In this document: in pieces, positions 52,594 to 62,590 of the stretch
How the letters are laid out: each line of letters begins with the position of its first letter
Numbering within the stretch: the stretch's first letter is position 1
Notes under the pieces: generated by a model
Database searches by the model: none
Seen by the model: the letters and a program-made list of their open reading frames with translations, nothing else
What the model was told of the DNA's origin: nothing
Source of the DNA: Microcoleus sp.
GTDB taxonomy: Bacteria; Cyanobacteriota; Cyanobacteriia; Cyanobacteriales; Microcoleaceae
NCBI GenBank assembly: GCA_042408215.1
Contig: JAYFMW010000020.1
Coordinates: forward strand, 288,001-352,000
Length of the DNA stretch: 64,000 bases
Direction of reading: 5' to 3'
Translations under genes and position numbers: made by a program

Positions 52594-54709
52594 TGACGAG
52601 CAAACTGTACTCAGAAGTCTGAAAGCAGAACTCAAAGAAGTAATCAGCAGTGAGTGTCGGATCGAAATTGCTGAATCGGCGCAAGATGCCTTAGAAATAA
52701 TGGAAGAGTTGCTCCAATATGGGTACGAAATACCTATGATTATTTCTGACTATATTATGCCGGAAATGAAGGGAGATGAACTCTTAAGGCGCGTTCACGT
52801 AATTTGTCCTAAAACTATCAAGGTGATGTTGACTGGTCAGGCAAATATTGAAGGGGTTAGCAATGCGATTAATTCTGCTAATCTGTACCGTTATATCGCG
52901 AAACCTTGGCAAAGTCAAGACTTAAAAATGACTGTGGCAGAAGCGATTTTGAGCTATGTTCAGGAGCAACAAATAGCTGAAAAAAATGCGAAAATTCAGG
53001 AGATGAATCAGGATTTGGAACGATTAAACCGCGAACAAGCCGCACTGATTGAGAAACTTCATGAAAGAGAAAGTCGCTGGATGCAGTTTTTGGAAGCAAT
53101 GCCGGTAGCAGTGTCAGTTATAAATGTCGAAGGTCAAGTTGATTATACTAATCAAAAGGCTCAGGAATTGTTGGGAAAAGGGTTTGTGCCGCACACCTCC
53201 ACGGAACAATTATCAGAAGTTTATCAAATTTATCAAACAGGGACAAATCAGGAGTACCCAGTAGATGATTTGCCAGTGATTCGGGCACTGAGGGGGGAAC
53301 GCGCTACGGCTGATGATGTGGAAATTCATCAAGGAGATCAGATTGTTGCTCTAGAGTGTTGGGCTACGCCTATTTATGATGGTCAAGGAGATATTTTATA
53401 TGCGATTTGGGCTTTTATTGATATTACAGAAAGGAAGCAGGTAGCCGACGCACTTTTGCAAGCCGAACAGAAATACCGCCACATTTTTGAAAATGCGATT
53501 GAAGGCATTTTTCAAACTGCACATGACGGTAGTTTTATTAGTGTTAATCAGGCTTTAGCGCAAATTTATGGCTATGATTCGCCTGAAGATTTAAAGGCAA
53601 GTTTGACTAACATTCAAGAGCAATTATATGTCAATCCGAGCCGCTGCATCGAGTTGAGCGAGTTAATCCAACACTCTGGCGAAGTGTCTGATTTCGAGTC
53701 TGAAGTTTACCGCAAAGATGGCAGCACGATCTGGATTAGCGAGAATGCGCGGGCTGTCTGCGATGTGAAGGGGGAAGTAATTTATTATCAAGGCTTTGTT
53801 GAAGATATTACGCATCGCAAATTAGCGGAAAATCAGCGGCTCAGTTTGACGACTGAATTGTTTCAAGTAAACCAAGCTTTTTCGCGGTTTGTGCCGCGTC
53901 AGTTTCTGCAACTTTTGGGTAAACAAAGTATTGTTGATGTGGAGTTAGGCGATCAAGTGCAGCAGGAAATGTCGATTTTATTTGCTGACATTCGCGACTT
54001 CACTGCTCTCAGCGAAACCATGAATCCGGAACAGAATTTTAAATTTATTAATGCGTTTTTGTCGCGGATGGAACCGGCGATTATAGACAATAAAGGTTTT
54101 ATTGATAAATATATTGGCGATGCAATTATGGCGCTGTTTAGCGCTGGTGCTGACGATGCTGTTAAAGCGGGAATTGCGATGCTGCAACGTCTGGTTGAGT
54201 ATAATCGACACCGGATTAGTAGTGGCTATGTACCTATTAAAATTGGGATTGGAATCAATGCGGGCGCTTTGATGCTGGGGACAGTTGGGGGGGAAAGTCG
54301 GATGGATGGAACGGTGATTGGCGATGTGGTGAATTTAGCGGCGCGGGTGGAAAGTTTGACGAAATTTTATGGGGTTTCGATGTTAATTACTCATCCGACT
54401 TTTTTAGAGTTGAACGAACCTATATATGCCCTACGCCCGATCGATCGCGTTCAAGTTAAGGGCAAATCTGAATTCGTAATGGTTTATGAAGTTTTTGAGG
54501 CAGATTCTTCGCAGGTGAAAGAGGAAAAGTTGGCAACTTCTCAGGTATTTTTAGGAGGATTGCATCAATATATGTTAGGAAAATTTGCGGAATCGGAAAA
54601 ACTTTTTAGTGAGTGTTTGCGTCACAGCCCGCTGGATAATGTGGCTCAACTTTACTTGCAGCGCTGTCAGCATCTAAGAGAGCGCTCGCTCGCTCGTTTG
54701 ATTAGTTGA
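52565..54709 (+). CDS. REC-PAS-PAS adenylate/guanylate cyclase
   Basis: SDYIMP receiver, two PAS/PAC domains, FADIRDFT, DKYIGDAIM, NLAARVE. Confidence 0.9.
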   Translation: MKKQVIICVDDEQTVLRSLKAELKEVISSECRIEIAESAQDALEIMEELLQYGYEIPMIISDYIMPEMKGDELLRRVHVICPKTIKVMLTGQANIEGVSNAINSANLYRYIAKPWQSQDLKMTVAEAILSYVQEQQIAEKNAKIQEMNQDLERLNREQAALIEKLHERESRWMQFLEAMPVAVSVINVEGQVDYTNQKAQELLGKGFVPHTSTEQLSEVYQIYQTGTNQEYPVDDLPVIRALRGERATADDVEIHQGDQIVALECWATPIYDGQGDILYAIWAFIDITERKQVADALLQAEQKYRHIFENAIEGIFQTAHDGSFISVNQALAQIYGYDSPEDLKASLTNIQEQLYVNPSRCIELSELIQHSGEVSDFESEVYRKDGSTIWISENARAVCDVKGEVIYYQGFVEDITHRKLAENQRLSLTTELFQVNQAFSRFVPRQFLQLLGKQSIVDVELGDQVQQEMSILFADIRDFTALSETMNPEQNFKFINAFLSRMEPAIIDNKGFIDKYIGDAIMALFSAGADDAVKAGIAMLQRLVEYNRHRISSGYVPIKIGIGINAGALMLGTVGGESRMDGTVIGDVVNLAARVESLTKFYGVSMLITHPTFLELNEPIYALRPIDRVQVKGKSEFVMVYEVFEADSSQVKEEKLATSQVFLGGLHQYMLGKFAESEKLFSECLRHSPLDNVAQLYLQRCQHLRERSLARLIS

Positions 54710-54880
54710 CTGTTGACTAGACATCTCGGAAAAATAAAAGATGGCGTAGGAGTGCGATCGCGCGAGGGAAAGGGAGGGTGAAGCATTGGGGCAGAAAATC
54801 ACAGGTTTTCTCCATGCTTTGTGGCCCAAATGCTTCACCCCGGAATCTGTAAAAAAGCGTGAGCTTATTTGTTGAAATTG

Positions 54881-56197
54881 TTAATAAGTCCAGGTTTGTA
54901 AAACTTTGCCGGTTAATTTTTGCCCGAACCAAGGCGTATTTGCCGATCGCGACTTCAGACTTTGCCCTCCAACAGTCCAAGTCATTTGCGGGTCGAATAA
55001 AATTAGCTCAGCAGGCAGTCCTGGTGCAGCGGTGGCGGGGGTTTGTCCGAGACAAAGGGCCGGCTGCGTGCTCAGAACTCGCCACAGTTCTAAGGCCGAA
55101 AATTCGCCGGTTTCTACTAATCGTTGCCAGAGTAAAGGCAAGGCTAATTCTAAGCCGATCGCCCCTGGGGGAGCATCAGCAAAAGCCACGGTTTTGTCTT
55201 CATAAGTATGGGGAGTGTGGTCGATCGCGATCGCATCTATTACCCCATCTTTCACAGCTTGAATCAGCGCTAATTGGTCGGATTGATTGCCCAGCGGCGG
55301 TGACAAACGCAAATTCGGATCGTAAGGGAACAAAGCAGGAACAGCATTTTTCCCTGCAATCACCTCACCTGAATTGCCGGCAAGTGCCTCTACATTCAGC
55401 AGCAAGTGCATCCAAGTTACACTCGCAGTCACTGGTAAACCCCGCGCTTTGGCATCTCGAATCAATTCGACACTGCGGGCACAAGAAACACGCATAATGT
55501 GAACTGGAGTTCCCACAGTTGTTACTAATTCCAGCAAAGCCGCTAAAGCCGAAGTTTCTGCACTCGCGGGAATTCCCGGTAAGCCTAAGCGAATCGAAAC
55601 TGCACCCTCTCTGGCGATGCCATTTCCAGCCAAAGTTCGATCGCAGGGCCACAAAGCCACCGACTTACCCAAAGGCTGAATATACTCCAACAAACGTCTC
55701 ACCAGAGCCGGATTAGATAGCGGTAAACCGTCTGTAAAACCGACGATCGCAGACCCGGCCAATTCCCCCAACTCGGCCATCTGTTGGCCTTTAACGCCCG
55801 CTGTGAGAGCGCCCCAGAAATACAAGCGGGGTAGGGAGGGGGAGAAATTGCGGATATTTTGTTGCAATAGGGCTAAACCGGCTAAATTGTCGATCGCAGG
55901 GGAGGTATCCGGTAAAATCGCCACGCGGGTAAAACCGCCAGCAGCAGCAGCCTGCATTAAAGATTCTAGGGTTTCGCGATCCTCAAAACCCGGTTCCCCG
56001 CTGTGACTGTAAATATCAGTTAGCCCAGGCCCTAAAATTAGCCCCCGACAATCTCGCACTTTGGTGTCAGTGGGAAACTCGGATATTTGCTCTTGTATTG
56101 CTTTGATGTTACCTTTGGCAATTAGAACATCGGCGGTGCGATCGCTTTTTGAAACTGGATCTAGCACCCGTACATTTTGCAGCAGTTCGCTACTCAT
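54881..56197 (-). CDS. pyrC: Dihydroorotase (cyanobacterial PyrC-like)
   Basis: HSGEPGFEDRETL, GGFT, PPLG, DAIAIDHTPH; start MSSELLQ at 56197 (the upstream extension is repeat DNA). Confidence 0.85.
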   Translation of the reverse strand: MSSELLQNVRVLDPVSKSDRTADVLIAKGNIKAIQEQISEFPTDTKVRDCRGLILGPGLTDIYSHSGEPGFEDRETLESLMQAAAAGGFTRVAILPDTSPAIDNLAGLALLQQNIRNFSPSLPRLYFWGALTAGVKGQQMAELGELAGSAIVGFTDGLPLSNPALVRRLLEYIQPLGKSVALWPCDRTLAGNGIAREGAVSIRLGLPGIPASAETSALAALLELVTTVGTPVHIMRVSCARSVELIRDAKARGLPVTASVTWMHLLLNVEALAGNSGEVIAGKNAVPALFPYDPNLRLSPPLGNQSDQLALIQAVKDGVIDAIAIDHTPHTYEDKTVAFADAPPGAIGLELALPLLWQRLVETGEFSALELWRVLSTQPALCLGQTPATAAPGLPAELILFDPQMTWTVGGQSLKSRSANTPWFGQKLTGKVLQTWTY

Positions 56198-56416
56198 AAG
56201 AAGAAGGTTCGGCAACGGATTCTGTAACGGATTTAACGGATGGATGGAAGATGATTGAACCGCGAAGACGCGAAGGACACGAAGAAAGTTCGGCAACGGA
56301 TTTTGTAACGGATTTAACGGATGTAACGGATTGATGGAAGAAGGAAGAAGCAAGTGGTAAGGTGCTTAGGTTGCACCCTACATATAGAGCTTTTGCTAAA
56401 CTTAATTCTGTTTTAC

Positions 56417-57772
56417 TTACAGTGCTCCGGCGGCTGTTTGGTCAAAAACGCCGGCGCTTAAATGAGTTGTGACGTTCATTGCTTGCAATACGGGCAAACC
56501 TTCGGGGCCGTGGGGGTAGTCAATTACGCTAACAGCGCCGTTTCCTTGTTTGAATTTCCAGAAATGTTTTGGTTCTAAACCGAACAGATGGCAGAGAATT
56601 GCTTTGTTTATGGCGTCGTGGGCGACGACTATTCCAGTACCAGAAACCGATTTTACAATGTCTTGCCAAGATGCGATCGCTCTTTGCCAAACTTGTTGTA
56701 AATTTTCCCCTTCCGGCATTTGCACGGTTTCAGGAGTTGTTTTCCATTCTTCGAGCAAACCTGGATAGGATGCTTCTATTTCTGATTCAAATTTTCCTTC
56801 CCAAAGTCCGTGACTGATTTCTCTCAATTCATGGCGTAGTTCCAGTTGCAAACCGGTGTGATATTTGAGAATAATTTCGGCAGTTTCTTTCGGGCGCAGC
56901 ATCGAACTGCTGATGGCAAAATCCAATTTTATATCCTTCAGCAATTCTGCTGCCTTGCGGGATTGTTCGCGACCATTATCGTTGAGAGGTACGTCTATTT
57001 GTCCTTGAAATTTGCCGGCTCGGTTCCAGTCTGTTTCGCCGTGACGTACCAGCAATAAGCGCGGGCCGCGATTCCCATCTCTCGGTTTTGGGAAAATTTC
57101 TCCGGTGTGGGCTGTTAAATTCAGTGATTCTAATTGAACTGCAATTTTCGGTTTCTGCTCATCGTTAGAAACAGGAGAAGTTCCAAAATTAATGACGCTA
57201 ATTCCGCAATTTGATTGCTGAATTGATTGATAGTAAGCGGGGGAAACTTCGGATGCTGTAGCGATGAGGGCGCGGTTTATGCCGTTGTGGGCTACTACTA
57301 GGATTGTGCCGGAACTGTGGCGGGATAATAGTTCTTGCCAAAAAAATCTAGCGTTAGCAAAAAGTGCTACTACCGGAAAGTGTTCGATTTCTCCTTCCTT
57401 TGATGGGAGTTTCATGGCAAATTTGTCTGGCTGTTGCTGCCAAATGCGGTATGCTTCTGGAAATTGGTCGATCGCATCTTGGCGGAGCATTCCTTCCCAC
57501 AGAGGCAAATCGATTTCCATCAATTGATCTGTTGGTTGGAGTTGTGGCGGATTTGTCAAGCGCGAAACGATAATTTCTGCTGTTTCTTTGGCTCGTTGCA
57601 GGGGGCTGCTGTAGGCTGCATCAAAGGTGATACTGCTGAGTGTGTCGCCGACTTGTCTGGCGGCGGTGCGGCCTGCTTCTGTCAAAATTGATTTATCCAA
57701 ACGGCCTTGGATGCGACGTTGGAGATTGTAGGTGCTTTGGCCGTGACGGACTAAGATAACGCGAGTAGTCAT
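56417..57772 (-). CDS. Tandem histidine phosphatase (phosphoglycerate mutase) family protein
   Basis: Two RHG motifs (LVRHGQS and LVRHGET). Confidence 0.92.
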   Translation of the reverse strand: MTTRVILVRHGQSTYNLQRRIQGRLDKSILTEAGRTAARQVGDTLSSITFDAAYSSPLQRAKETAEIIVSRLTNPPQLQPTDQLMEIDLPLWEGMLRQDAIDQFPEAYRIWQQQPDKFAMKLPSKEGEIEHFPVVALFANARFFWQELLSRHSSGTILVVAHNGINRALIATASEVSPAYYQSIQQSNCGISVINFGTSPVSNDEQKPKIAVQLESLNLTAHTGEIFPKPRDGNRGPRLLLVRHGETDWNRAGKFQGQIDVPLNDNGREQSRKAAELLKDIKLDFAISSSMLRPKETAEIILKYHTGLQLELRHELREISHGLWEGKFESEIEASYPGLLEEWKTTPETVQMPEGENLQQVWQRAIASWQDIVKSVSGTGIVVAHDAINKAILCHLFGLEPKHFWKFKQGNGAVSVIDYPHGPEGLPVLQAMNVTTHLSAGVFDQTAAGAL

Positions 57773-57957
57773 TCGATTTTAGATTTTAGATTTTAGATTT
57801 TAGATTTAGCCTGCGGTTGAATTTCGGGGCTTCAGCGGTTGAAAAAGATGAGCCAGTAGAAATTTTACCAGTTCCGGGGATGCGATCGGCTGCAACCGCC
57901 TATCATAAGAGACGGAACAGACTTAGGTACGGATTCGCGCGGGACGGAAAATCGAGG

Positions 57958-59556
57958 ATGACATTAAAGCGGATATTTTTAGGTATTTTAACAGCGATCG
58001 CGATCGCCTTGGTCGGTTTGTCTTTACTTGCTAGCTGGAATGAGCCACAAATTCAAAGTCGGCTGGAACTTTATCAGACAAATCTGCTGCTTCATGCTTC
58101 GGAGTGGCTAGGGGAAAATAATTCTAGTTCTAATTTAACTTCAGCTCGCAACAGTATTGTCGGTTCCGAGCCTGTAAATACGGCTTTGACGCAGTATCAA
58201 GAGGCGCGAGCATCGACTCAGAAAACTCTCGCCACAACTCAAGCACAATTTAAACAACTTCAAGCTCCCACCGCCTCCGGCTCTGTTGATGTTGCTCCAC
58301 AAAAGCTAAATTTGGCTCAAAGTAAGGCTCTGGAAGAGTCTCTTCAAAAGTTGTCAGGGCTGCTCAGCGAACTTGACTTGCGGGTGGGAATTTTGCAGGT
58401 AAGTAGCGGAAAAACTAATCAGGCGCTCAACACTTGGCAAGATTTGGTCGATCGAGATGATACTCAAATTAATGCCGTGACTGCGGCTGAAACTGCTGAG
58501 GTTTTAATCGGAATTTGGAGCAATCCGGCTCAACTTTTGCCGGATGCGGAATCGAACATTCAAAAGTCTTTGGATGGTTGGTTTCGCTATCGTGTTCTGG
58601 CTCAACTTTACAATTTGCAAGAACGTTCTCAGGAGCTTTTGTCGCTGCAATTGGCCGAGCAAGTAATGGCTGAACAAGCTGTCGAAAAATTGGCGATTGT
58701 GATTGGCATTCCGGGGATCGGAATTTGTATTGGCACGGTTTTGCTGGTTGGTTTGACTGTGCAGTGGCTGTTCCAGCGTCAGCAGTTAGATACAGCAGAT
58801 TCGGGGCCGCTGTTGGCGCGAAATGCGGGATTGAATTGGGATGTGCCTTGGGATGGGGAAATTGTTTGGCAGGTACTTGTGGTCGGCTTTTTCTTTGTGG
58901 GACAAATCTTGATACCTTTATTATTGCCGCTTTTTTTGGCTGTTTTCAAGCTAAATCCTGCTAGTTTTGACCCGCGTAGCAAGGCTTTTTATATCTTGGC
59001 TACTTATCTATTGCTGTCGGCGGGTGGACTTTCGGTATTGTATTTTTCTGTGAGGTCTTTTTTGCCTTTACCTGAAGGTTGGTTTCGGATTAATTGGCGG
59101 GGAAATTGGTTTTTTTGGGGTTTGGGTGGCTATTTTGTGGCTTTGCCTTTGGTGGTTTTGGTGTCGCTGATCAATCAGCAGTTTTGGCAGGGACAAGGTG
59201 GCAGTAATCCGATTTTGCCGATCGTTTTGGATGGTAGGGATGGGATGGCTTTGGCGGTGTTTTTCGGCACTGCGGCGATCGCGGCTCCGGTTTTTGAGGA
59301 AATCGTGTTTCGGGGCTTTCTGCTGCCTTCTCTGACTCGCTATTTGCCTGTTTGGGGGGCGATCGGAGCTTCGGCTTTGTTGTTTGCTGTGGCTCACTTG
59401 AATGTGTCTGAGGTTTTGCCTTTGGCGACTTTGGGGGCGGTTTTGGGGTTTGTTTACACGCGATCGCGCAATCTCCTTGCTCCGATGCTCCTTCATAGTC
59501 TCTGGAATAGTGGCACTCTCCTGAGTCTGTTTCTTTTGGGCAGTGGCGCGAGTTAA
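57958..59556 (+). CDS. CPBP (CAAX/Abi) family intramembrane metalloprotease
   Basis: APVFEEIVFRGFL, FAVAH, HSLWN; start ATG 57958. Confidence 0.9.
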   Translation: MTLKRIFLGILTAIAIALVGLSLLASWNEPQIQSRLELYQTNLLLHASEWLGENNSSSNLTSARNSIVGSEPVNTALTQYQEARASTQKTLATTQAQFKQLQAPTASGSVDVAPQKLNLAQSKALEESLQKLSGLLSELDLRVGILQVSSGKTNQALNTWQDLVDRDDTQINAVTAAETAEVLIGIWSNPAQLLPDAESNIQKSLDGWFRYRVLAQLYNLQERSQELLSLQLAEQVMAEQAVEKLAIVIGIPGIGICIGTVLLVGLTVQWLFQRQQLDTADSGPLLARNAGLNWDVPWDGEIVWQVLVVGFFFVGQILIPLLLPLFLAVFKLNPASFDPRSKAFYILATYLLLSAGGLSVLYFSVRSFLPLPEGWFRINWRGNWFFWGLGGYFVALPLVVLVSLINQQFWQGQGGSNPILPIVLDGRDGMALAVFFGTAAIAAPVFEEIVFRGFLLPSLTRYLPVWGAIGASALLFAVAHLNVSEVLPLATLGAVLGFVYTRSRNLLAPMLLHSLWNSGTLLSLFLLGSGAS

Positions 59557-59666
59557 AGTCCGTAGTTGTAAATAATTGTTAATTAGCCTTGCTTTTTTTC
59601 GCAAGTTGAGGCACGACGAACGGCAATTCGATCGGCCTCAAATCTCAAATCTAAAATAGATTGATT

Positions 59667-60104
59667 ATGTCAAACGAGAAATTCTGGATTTCGGCCCTGG
59701 GATTGGATATCGGTTTGAAACGTGTCGGCATCGCTGGCTGTGACGGTACTGGTTTAATTGCTACAGGGATTACTACTCTGGTCCGATCGTCCTTCGATCG
59801 AGACATCGCCGATCTGCGACAACTGGTGCAACAGCGAGGAGTGAAAATTTTGGTGGCGGGCTTACCTTACTCGATGAGCTCAGAGTTGGGCGCTCAAGCC
59901 CGACAGGTGCAGAAATATGCCTCCCGCGTCGCGATCGCCTTAGATCTTCCTTTAGAGTACGTGGACGAGCGCCTGACTTCTGTTAACGCAGAGGAATTGA
60001 TCCAAGCAGCAGGGATTTCGCCGTCGCGAAATAAGGGTTTGATCGATCGCAAAGCAGCGGCTCTGATTTTACAGCGGTGGTTGGACGAAAGGAGGCAAAA
60101 ATAG
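59667..60104 (+). CDS. ruvX: RuvX/YqgF Holliday-junction-resolvase-like nuclease
   Basis: LGLDIG.KRVGIA, VAGLP, VDERLTS, IDRKAAALILQ. Confidence 0.93.
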   Translation: MSNEKFWISALGLDIGLKRVGIAGCDGTGLIATGITTLVRSSFDRDIADLRQLVQQRGVKILVAGLPYSMSSELGAQARQVQKYASRVAIALDLPLEYVDERLTSVNAEELIQAAGISPSRNKGLIDRKAAALILQRWLDERRQK

Positions 60105-60284
60105 TCAATAGTCATTAACCAAGGAATTTATCAGGAAATTTGGGTTTAAAACCCCGTCCTTCTAGGACGGATTTTCTTGATTTTGGATAGAGGATTTTAA
60201 AACCATGCAACCACTATGAATATGAGTTGACATATTTTACCGAATCAGCTAAGATAGATATACAAACTAATTTAAATATATCAC

Positions 60285-61611
60285 ATGAAGTTAAGGTATC
60301 GCTATCGAATCTACCCAACCAACCGACAAAAATGGCAATTAGCCAAATTGTTTGGTTGTTGTCGCGTAGTTTGGAACGATGCTCTAGCTTTTTGCCAGGA
60401 ACAGTATAAAAAAGGGGAGAAAAAACCGTCACATAATGAGTTAAGCAAAATGCTTACTCAAGCAAAGAAAACTGAGGAAAAAGAATGGTTAACATCCGTT
60501 TCGAGCATACCTTTACAGCAAATCTTAAAAGATTTAGACCAGGCTTATTCTAACTTTTTTAACTCCTGTAAAGGTCAACGCAAAGGACAAAAAGTTAAGT
60601 CACCTAGATTTAAGAAACGCAAATCCAAGCAATCAGCAAGATTTACTGAGAATGGATTCCAGCTAAGAGAAAACCGACAAATATACTTACCTAAAATAGG
60701 TGAAATTGAAGTAATTTGGAGTAAGGAATTACCAGCAACACCATCATCAGCAACAATTATTAAAGATAGTGCTGACAGATATTTTGTGAGTTTTATCTTT
60801 GAAGTTAATCCAGAACAATTACCTAAAAATGATAATTGTGTAGGGATAGATTTAGGAATCACAGATTTTGCAACTTTAAGTAATGGTGAAAGAATCACAT
60901 CTCCTAAACCTTTAAAGAAAAAAATGAACCGGTTAAGGAAATTACAGCGTCATCTTTCTCGGAAACAAAAAGGAAGTAAAAGAAGAGAAATAGCTAGAAA
61001 GAAATTAGCTAAACTTCACGCTAAAATTTCTGATACAAGAACAGATGTTATCCATAAGTTGTCAACTAAAATTATTCGCGAAAACCAAACAATAGTTTTA
61101 GAAGATTTGAATGTTTCAGGGATGATGAAAAATCGAAAATTGTCCCGTGCTATTTCTGATTTAGGCTGGCGAAGTTTGAGAACTACGTTAGAGGCTAAAT
61201 CAATCATGTACGGGCGGGATTTTCAAGTCATCAGTAGATGGGAAGCAACAAGCCAAAAATGTTCTTGTTGTGGTTTTAATGGTGGTAAAAAGGAACTTTC
61301 TGTAAGGGAATGGACTTGTCTTAATTGTGGGGAAATCCATGATAGAGATATAAATGCTGCCATAAATATAGCGGTTCTCAAAAAAGTGAGGTATGCCCAC
61401 GGAACCCTATGCCCTATGCCCCATGCCCCATGCCCTATGCCCAGTCGTACCTCATCTTTCTGAGAAAGGCTATATATTAGTCGCTGGTGGGCAATCAGAG
61501 ACTTTAAACGGATGTCGGAGGAAAAGTAAGACTGTCCCTAAAAAGATAGCAATTTCCAGTGAAGCGTCAACCCACCAAAAGGATAAGTTTGAGCAATTAA
61601 GCTTGTTCTAG
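60285..61611 (+). pseudogene. tnpB: TnpB disrupted by a MITE right after DRDINAAINI
   Basis: YRIYPT, GIDLG, VLEDLNV, zinc finger, DRD.NAA; the native tail LVAGGQSETLNG...LSLF* resumes after the 106-bp insertion. Confidence 0.9.
61369..61472. mobile_element. MITE family A (104 bp) with TA target duplication
   Basis: Removing the element plus one TA restores AAT ATA TTA GTC in frame. Confidence 0.85.
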
Positions 61612-61780
61612 CAGGAATCCCCGTACCTTCAGGTCGGGGAGGATGTCAAATGCGTAGTAGCTGAACAAAGGCGTGATATTCTAGTTGTGCAAGTTTGCTA
61701 CGCACACCTGTAACCGTTAAGACACGGTAGAAAATTCCCCAGTCAACTCGGTACTGAAGAAGGAAAATAAGATACAAGCG

Positions 61781-62356
61781 ATGTCCTCATCCCCATACCG
61801 CAAACAGAATGGCAAATCCGACGAAGTTTCCGTCACCCTGACAGACGAAGTTGGGCGATCGCTCACTTGCAACATAGAACATTCTATGGACGTAGAAGGT
61901 CAAGAATACGCTTTGCTGCTTCCGATCGACTCGCCAGTAGAAATTTTTACTTGGCACGGAGACGACGCCGACGAAGCCGCAATTCCTGTAGAAGACGAGA
62001 CCGAAATTGATAAAATTTTTGATACTGCTAGAGTTGTCCTGCAAGAGCAGAACTTGACGCTCCGGCGCACGGCTGTAACGCTGACTGTGGTTGGCGACTT
62101 GCCGGAATTTCCCGAAGAGGATATGGTTCCAGATGCCGATTCGGATGAAGAGTCGGATTTCGAGGAACTGATGTGGCTGACTAGCTTCTACCACGAAGAA
62201 CAGGAATATGCCATTTATACGCCTCTCGACCCGTTCTTTATTTTGGCTCGAATAAATGATGACGGTCAGCCAGAATTGCTCTCGGAAGAAGAGTTTCAAA
62301 GGCTGGAACCGCTGTTGCCAATGCTCGAAGACCAGTTCTTTGATGAACTCGAATAG
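61781..62356 (+). CDS. DUF3727 domain protein
   Basis: Acidic protein with VTLTDE.GRSL.C, YALLLP.D and Y.IYTPLDP; conserved position between ruvX and mltG. Confidence 0.8.
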   Translation: MSSSPYRKQNGKSDEVSVTLTDEVGRSLTCNIEHSMDVEGQEYALLLPIDSPVEIFTWHGDDADEAAIPVEDETEIDKIFDTARVVLQEQNLTLRRTAVTLTVVGDLPEFPEEDMVPDADSDEESDFEELMWLTSFYHEEQEYAIYTPLDPFFILARINDDGQPELLSEEEFQRLEPLLPMLEDQFFDELE

Positions 62357-62590
62357 ATCTTAATTTAGGTTAGAAGGCAGAAGGCAAAAGGCAGATTTTT
62401 TTAGTAATTTATCAAAAAAATCAACGGTCTATGCGATCGACACTTGTCGATATTGCGACTTCTGTCTTCACACTTAGGTCTGTGAATTCAGCCTTGGAAA
62501 GGGCTTGTATCCACAAATTTTCGGTCATCAATCTCAGGTCATTAGTCATTACTCGTTAGTTAACTGACAGGATATCGAGGACAACTGACA

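Larger units (their letters stand above)
60132..61649 (+). mobile_element. IS200/IS605-family (IS1341-type) element inserted between ruvX and the DUF3727 gene
   Basis: Target TTAT, left-end hairpin CCGTCC-TTCTA-GGACGG, right end GAAT-hairpin-TCAA. Confidence 0.88.
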
